From Candidatus Freyarchaeum deiterrae (GTDB lineage: Archaea > Asgardarchaeota > Jordiarchaeia > Jordiarchaeales > Jordiarchaeaceae), in contig CP147778.1 of the NCBI GenBank assembly GCA_037305845.1, positions 3,296,001 through 3,360,000 on the forward strand: a stretch of 64,000 nucleotides of DNA, read 5' to 3'. Of this stretch, positions 58,684 through 64,000 are shown in pieces. Made by a program: the position numbers and the translations under genes. Every line of letters begins with the position of its first letter. Position 1 is the first letter of the stretch. Below the pieces are notes generated by a model. That model was not told the origin of the DNA. It worked only from the letters and a program-made list of their open reading frames with translations, and ran no database searches.

Positions 58684-59529
58684 ATGGAATCGGGTTTTGA
58701 GTTCCTTCCCTCTGGGGTCAGAACTTATCTGGAGAAGATTTTTTCTCTGCTTTTTTCCTACTTGGGAAAGAATAATGTTGCGGCTTTCTACGTTTTTGGA
58801 AGTGTTATTAGTGAGGAATACTGTGAGAGCAGCGATTGTGATTTGTTAATTGTGCTAGATGATGCGGTCACTTCGAAGCAGATTAGGTATGTCAAAGGTT
58901 TATTAAAGAGCCTCGAGGTTAAGTACGGACTTTGCTCGATGGATTCTTCAATTCTGGGAAGAATTCTGAAGGCAGTAGAGAGAAGTACGGGCATGTTTGA
59001 GTCTCATTTTGTTTGCAGGAAAAGCGATTTATTAAAAGCCAGTTTCACCCGGGTCTTTTCCACGAACCGTTTAATGTCGAAACTATTGGCACCCTCCTCC
59101 ATAGTGTTCGGAAGTGTTCTCAGTAGTGTGAGGAAAGTATACGGACAAGATGTCTTGAAAGAAGCTGTGGTACCGAAACCTACCCTGTTCACAGTGCTCA
59201 AAAGCCTAGCTATGAATTTATTCCTAAGCCTCTCCACTCTCATCCTTTACCCCTTTACTTCAAAAGCGAACAAATACGAAATGGAGGCTGCTAAGTGGAG
59301 TATACTAGCATCTAACTATTACCTGAAGAAAAGTAGCCCCGGACTAATTGAAGCCCTAAAATTTATAAAAAGCCTAGGCGTGTCGGAATCCTACTTCAAA
59401 CATTTCCTTCGGCTGAGAAATAATTACCAGAACGATATAAAATTCGGACTAGCCACACCAATATATGTTTTGAAAATACATGCCAAAGCACTTGGCTACA
59501 GTAAGAACATAATCAGAAAGTTTATCTAA
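58684..59529 (+). CDS. Nucleotidyltransferase-domain protein
   Basis: YVFGS........SDCDLLIV motif with a helical C-terminal half. Confidence 0.75.
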   Translation: MESGFEFLPSGVRTYLEKIFSLLFSYLGKNNVAAFYVFGSVISEEYCESSDCDLLIVLDDAVTSKQIRYVKGLLKSLEVKYGLCSMDSSILGRILKAVERSTGMFESHFVCRKSDLLKASFTRVFSTNRLMSKLLAPSSIVFGSVLSSVRKVYGQDVLKEAVVPKPTLFTVLKSLAMNLFLSLSTLILYPFTSKANKYEMEAAKWSILASNYYLKKSSPGLIEALKFIKSLGVSESYFKHFLRLRNNYQNDIKFGLATPIYVLKIHAKALGYSKNIIRKFI

Positions 59530-59558
59530 CAGAAAATTTTATAGAAAAAGTCATTTGC

Positions 59559-59576
59559 TCCTCCTAAAAAGGAGGA
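59559..59576. terminator. Hairpin between convergent genes
   Basis: TCCTCCT-AAAA-AGGAGGA perfect 7-bp stem. Confidence 0.35.
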
Positions 59577-59616
59577 ATGCTTGATCAGTATACGCATCTC
59601 ATAGCGCAGGTAGAAT

Positions 59617-60348
59617 TTATAGTTCTAGAATTTCTCTCATATTTTGTCCGAGTATCTTTTTCTTCGTTTCTCGGGTTATTCCTGGTATAAAGTCAAATTT
59701 CTCAATTTCAAGTTTCTGAGGTGTGTAGGGAGAATCTGAGCCTGCGACCAATTTTTCTGCTCCCAGCTTCTGGAGTGCTTCTTCTAGTAAGTTAATTTTA
59801 AACATTCCAGCAGTACCGAGATGGACATTGTCAAATCTTTTCGCCACTTCTAGGTAATTATCGCCTCTCATATGACCTAAGATAATTTTTGCTTTTGGAA
59901 CTTGCTCTGCAAGTTTTCCAATTTTCTCAGGTGGTGAAAGTTCTTTTCCAGAATCAAAGATTACTGGTATCTCTAGTTCAGAAGCTCTTTTGATAATCCG
60001 TAAAACATAAGGATTATCCAAGGAAAAGTTTTGGCTAGTGGGATGCAGCTTTACTCCCCTCAGCCCTAATTTATTTACAGCCCGATCCAGCTCTTGGACT
60101 GCTCTATCTCCATAGTTGGGGTCAAGCCTAGCGAACCCAATGAGTCTTTCAGGGTATTTTTTCACCGCCGCTGCAATGTAATCGTTCGCTAGCGAAAAGG
60201 AGACTCCCGGATTGATTTCGTTGAAGGGAAAGATAACCGATTGGTCTATACCTACTTTGTGCATATTCGCTACGATTTCTTCGGGTGATTGCTTCATTTT
60301 ATCTCCCTTGTCTGGTCCTCCGACATGATTATGGGCATCAATAACCAT
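59617..60348 (-). CDS. Amidohydrolase family protein (TIM barrel, Amidohydro_2-like)
   Basis: IDAHNH, GVKLHP, ILGHM and GSDSP motifs. Confidence 0.9.
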   Translation of the reverse strand: MVIDAHNHVGGPDKGDKMKQSPEEIVANMHKVGIDQSVIFPFNEINPGVSFSLANDYIAAAVKKYPERLIGFARLDPNYGDRAVQELDRAVNKLGLRGVKLHPTSQNFSLDNPYVLRIIKRASELEIPVIFDSGKELSPPEKIGKLAEQVPKAKIILGHMRGDNYLEVAKRFDNVHLGTAGMFKINLLEEALQKLGAEKLVAGSDSPYTPQKLEIEKFDFIPGITRETKKKILGQNMREILEL

Positions 60349-60443
60349 CCCTACTGCCCCCTTCTAGATTCTAATTAATTAAAAGTAGTTGGTATGTAAA
60401 TACCTTTCCTTCTAAACGCTGGATGCCCAATCAGCATTTAGGT

Positions 60444-61808
60444 TTAAACATTGGAATGGTCTAATTCTAATCCCATGTCTTGAAGGATCTTTACGAATTC
60501 TTCCTCTTTTAGGGAGGCTTTCCTGCCTTCTTCGTAGATTTCTTTAATCCTTTGCACCACTGCATCGACTTGTTCTTCGTTTAATGTTCTTCCCAGAATC
60601 ATCTTTATCTTGTGACCAATTATCGCTTTTCCGGATTGTTTGCCGATAGTGAGTCTTCTTGTACATCCTACCAGTTCCGGAGGGAACGGTTCATAGGTGA
60701 CTGGATTTTTTAGGACCCCGTGTGTGTGAATTCCGGATTCGTGAGCGAAAGCATAGTCACCCACAATCGCCTTATTCGGGGGAATCACCGCACCTGAGGC
60801 GTAACTGATGAAGTCTGCGATTTCCTTAAGCATCCCCAGCGACGCTTCGTATTTCTTAACGCCGTAATGCATATATAGATTCATTATGATTTTTTCAGTT
60901 TCGGCGTTCCCAGATCTTTCGCCAATTCCTAGGAAGGTTGTGCTAACGTAGAATCTTTCGAAAAGACCTGAGGCAGCCCTAAGGGCGGCTAAAGTGTTTT
61001 CCACAGCGTTTCCCAAGTCGTCATGGGCGTGGATTTCGACCTCATTAATCTTCGTCTCTTCTTTTATCTTCCTTATCTTAAGGGGAATTCCATTAGGTAG
61101 AGATGCTTCTGGGCTGGATAATCCGATGCCAACTGTGTCGCAGATTCTGTAGACCTCTGCTCCAGCATCAGCTACCGCGTTTATGAAACTTCTCTCAAAT
61201 TCCCAACTTGCCCGGGTGCTGTCCTCTCCGTGAACGAATACCTTAAGCCCGTGATCTTTGGATGCGTACTCCACGGTGTCCACAACTCTTGCTAGAATCT
61301 CTTCTTCGGCTAATTCTGGCCATTTGGTTTTTAAGTGGATGTGGGATACTGGGTGAGAGATCCCCACCTCGTTGAAGTCGCATTTCAACGCGTTGTCTAT
61401 ATCCTCTTTTACAGCTCTGCACCAGCCAGCAAGTCTGGCGTTTAAGCCCATGTCTTGAATTAACTTTACAGCCTTCTGATCCTGTTTTTGAAAGTGGTGT
61501 AGCTCTAGTCTTTCAACTCCAAAGTTGTCTAGTAGACGAGCGATGTGGGCGGTGTGTTCCGGAGACACTGCTATTCCAGGCATCTGAACTCCGTCTCTGA
61601 GGGTTGTATCGTCGATGATGGGCTCTACTTTCAAGGATAATTTAGGAAAACAAAATTCAGTTTCACCATTACTATAACTTCGGGATTTTATGCCCGTGTT
61701 CTCATTAACACCGAGAGATTCTTCCACGGATGTAACAGAATCTACTCGTTTGATGCCGGTGTTGTACCTGCTTTCAGGCTTTAAATCGGGCATTTCTTTG
61801 TCCACCAT
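60444..61808 (-). CDS. Homocitrate synthase / 2-isopropylmalate synthase family (DRE-TIM) enzyme without a C-terminal regulatory domain
   Basis: DTTLRDG.Q.PG, EDSTRA, CDTVG, HAHDDLG.A, GIGERSGN, HESGIH and YEPF.PE.VG motifs; GGTGA RBS before ATG 61808. Confidence 0.88.
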   Translation of the reverse strand: MVDKEMPDLKPESRYNTGIKRVDSVTSVEESLGVNENTGIKSRSYSNGETEFCFPKLSLKVEPIIDDTTLRDGVQMPGIAVSPEHTAHIARLLDNFGVERLELHHFQKQDQKAVKLIQDMGLNARLAGWCRAVKEDIDNALKCDFNEVGISHPVSHIHLKTKWPELAEEEILARVVDTVEYASKDHGLKVFVHGEDSTRASWEFERSFINAVADAGAEVYRICDTVGIGLSSPEASLPNGIPLKIRKIKEETKINEVEIHAHDDLGNAVENTLAALRAASGLFERFYVSTTFLGIGERSGNAETEKIIMNLYMHYGVKKYEASLGMLKEIADFISYASGAVIPPNKAIVGDYAFAHESGIHTHGVLKNPVTYEPFPPELVGCTRRLTIGKQSGKAIIGHKIKMILGRTLNEEQVDAVVQRIKEIYEEGRKASLKEEEFVKILQDMGLELDHSNV

Positions 61809-62146
61809 ATCACCTATACCCAGTTTTGTTCCGTTATTTTCTTTTTTATCACGAGAATGATGCTTTTTCACACATCGATTTTATATAATTTGTTTAATTA
61901 ATCACATGAATATGGTACTTTTATTTATAAATCTTTTCATAAATTAGACAATCAATCAACCAAAAAGAAAAAATGTGAACAAATGTCTAACTAAAAAATC
62001 TTTAAATTAAGCCGCTCCACTGAAAAATCAGCTACCATTAAAAAGTTTTGCCCCTTTTTTAGAAAGGGTTTTGAATATTTTCTTCTTGGGTTCCCACATT
62101 AATTTTTATATTTCCATTTTTTAGTTTTGGAGGCTGCTGTGGTTTT

Positions 62147-62422
62147 TTAGACTAGGTTTATGTATATTTTTTGCACCGCGGTTTCGCAGACCTTTCTCAC
62201 ACCATGTTCTCCGGGTTCATAGTGGGATTTTAGTAATCCTACTTTTTCTAGGATTTTAATTTGGGCAGAAATGTTTGCTTCGGTTTGATTTAGTTTTGCC
62301 GCTATTCGGCTTACGTCCATTTTCTGCTCTGAGAGTATTTTTAGAAGTTGCAGTCTGGTCTCCGACGCCAAGGCTTTAGCTACCTTCGCCACTTCATCCC
62401 CTTTAACACTCAATTCCGCCAT
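62147..62422 (-). CDS. ArsR/SmtB family HTH regulator
   Basis: KALASETRLQLL..L, IA..L......IS..I.ILE..GL and G.RK.C motifs. Confidence 0.85.
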   Translation of the reverse strand: MAELSVKGDEVAKVAKALASETRLQLLKILSEQKMDVSRIAAKLNQTEANISAQIKILEKVGLLKSHYEPGEHGVRKVCETAVQKIYINLV

Positions 62423-62706
62423 CCTAAAACACTTCCCTTTCCTTTCTCTACTTTTAGTGAGCCTAAGGCATTCAATCGGTTTAAAATTTTAACTAATTAT
62501 AAATACGTAAGAAATATATTCAAATATTCCTTATCCCAACTTGTATAACTAAACCTTTTCCCATTTAAAAATATTTCTATAAGAACACTCCCGAATAGAA
62601 ACAATAGAAGAATAAAAATACCAACACTAAAAATCACCAATTAGTAAATCCTCAATTCAAGTCGAATAATAAGGAGGTCCTTCAAAAAATAATTCTAAAA
62701 GCCAAG

Positions 62707-64000
62707 TCAATGATTACGTTTATTTTCTATCTTTGAGACTCTATCTTCTAAACTGTCCAGTCTTTGCATGATCCTTTTTAACACCTCTTTTCCAGCCACC
62801 TCACTTTTTAGCGTGTAGCTTTTATCCGCTTGTGGTATAATGATTTCAGAGTCCTTCAGTATCTTATCCTTCTGAAATATTTGGCTCAGAGATTCCACAT
62901 CCGGCGGTTCACCATGTACCAGAAATATTTTCTCCGGCTTACAACTTCTGGCGAAAGTTCGAAGATCATCAGCCGCAGCATGAGCACTCAAACCCTCAAC
63001 CTTAGCCACCTTAATCTCCACTTCCAACTCCACCTCACTCCACTCATACTCATCATTCAGCAGAGTAATCTTAACCTTCTTCTCACCATCCAGTATTCTA
63101 CGGCCAGGAGTATCCTCAGCCTCGTAGCTTACAAAGAGCAACAGGTTCTCCGGACTGTTTAGTTTGGAGAGATAGAAGGGAGACCAACCACCATGTAGCA
63201 TCCCGCTGGGTGAAAGAATTATCGCCGGCTTTTTACTCCGAATCACCTCCAATCTCTGCTCCATAGAATCCAAGGGCGTAAAGTTCCCTAGAAACGGGTT
63301 CTGCCTAGTCTGGTAGAACTGGTTCTTAACCTCTTCATTCATGTAGGCAACATGCGCATCGTATACTTTCTGAGTCTCCTTAATCATACCATCGTAATAC
63401 AGAGGATAAGGAAGATTGCGGAGACTAAACAGACGCATAATTTCCTGACTCCGGGCGAAAGCAAACGCAGGTATCAAAATTTTGCCATGAGGATGCGCCT
63501 CAAAATAGTTTCTGACTATTTCAGTCAAACTACTGTACACCTGCTTAATGGAAGGATGCTGAAGCGTCGCACCATAAGTTGACTCCATTACCAGCCAGTC
63601 ACACCGCACACCGGTTTCAGCGGGATTGAGGTGATTGCTCCTATAAAATCCCCCAATATCCCCTGCGCAGATAAGAGTACCATAATCAGACTCGATTTTG
63701 AGAAAACCGCTGCCCAGCACATGACCCGACTCAAAAAAAGTAATAGTAAAATCACCAACATCGAAAGAGGAGTGATAATTAACAGTTTTACAACTACTCA
63801 GAGCTTCGACGAGATCCTGATACGTGTAAAGCGGCGTTACTCCAAGCTTCTCCCACTCAATCTGCTGCAGCTTCAAAGAGTCCCTCAGCATTATGTGACT
63901 GAGAGCAAGAGTGGGCGGAGTGCAAAAAACGCCCTTAAAATTCGGAGAAAGCTTTTTCAGAGCGAAAAGCAGTGGCAAGGCACCAGTGTGGTCTATATGA
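62707..64000 (-). CDS. Metallo-beta-lactamase / beta-CASP ribonuclease (aCPSF-like), 5' end beyond the window
   Basis: The frame continues to the window edge as HIDHTGALP; GHVLGS, GD, MESTYG, PAFA..RSQE, SGML.GG, SAHA and LVHGE motifs. Confidence 0.9.
   Translation of the reverse strand, partial: HIDHTGALPLLFALKKLSPNFKGVFCTPPTLALSHIMLRDSLKLQQIEWEKLGVTPLYTYQDLVEALSSCKTVNYHSSFDVGDFTITFFESGHVLGSGFLKIESDYGTLICAGDIGGFYRSNHLNPAETGVRCDWLVMESTYGATLQHPSIKQVYSSLTEIVRNYFEAHPHGKILIPAFAFARSQEIMRLFSLRNLPYPLYYDGMIKETQKVYDAHVAYMNEEVKNQFYQTRQNPFLGNFTPLDSMEQRLEVIRSKKPAIILSPSGMLHGGWSPFYLSKLNSPENLLLFVSYEAEDTPGRRILDGEKKVKITLLNDEYEWSEVELEVEIKVAKVEGLSAHAAADDLRTFARSCKPEKIFLVHGEPPDVESLSQIFQKDKILKDSEIIIPQADKSYTLKSEVAGKEVLKRIMQRLDSLEDRVSKIENKRNH

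Noticed and set aside
1-64000. CRISPR arrays, tRNA/rRNA genes, IS elements, selenoprotein UGA codons
   Set aside because: No regularly spaced repeats, T-loop/cloverleaf signatures, transposase ORFs or in-frame TGA at catalytic Cys positions were found by eye; tRNAscan/Infernal would be needed to exclude them fully.

Overview
Archaeal chromosomal DNA, AT-rich, with TATA-like promoters, GGAGG/GGTGA ribosome-binding sites and U-tract terminators. It is very likely from an Asgard archaeon: it carries Arf-, Rag- and Rab-like small GTPases, longin/uDENN and roadblock domains and a RING-like protein. The centrepiece is a ~23 kb signalling cluster at 24053-47156. It is bracketed by paralogous, sequon-rich membrane receptor-like proteins with a cytoplasmic longin-like domain, one of which has lost its whole ectodomain. 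Inside are three tandem longin-Arf-like GTPase fusions, a Rag/Gtr-like GTPase-roadblock protein, a Rab-like GTPase, three KaiC/RAD55-type ATPases and two proteins sharing a six-knuckle TackOD1-like Zn domain (one fused to Lrp/AsnC, the other to a uDENN-type longin and a nuclease-fold domain). I propose this as a candidate ancestral nutrient-sensing / GTPase-control system. The rest of the window holds a paralogous pair of unknown helical proteins (one with an in-frame TAG), a tandem-duplicated HpaB/4-HBD-family catabolic locus, amtB-glnK with a divergent RHH regulator, SDRs, a PadR-HAAS module, an MFS transporter, an orphan glycyl radical enzyme, a stand-alone receiver with a structured leader, a small defence region (two type II R-M pairs, one frameshifted, plus MNT-HEPN), a homocitrate-synthase-like enzyme and a truncated beta-CASP nuclease. 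No rRNA, tRNA, CRISPR array or transposase was recognised. All family calls come from motif recognition by eye, not from database searches.
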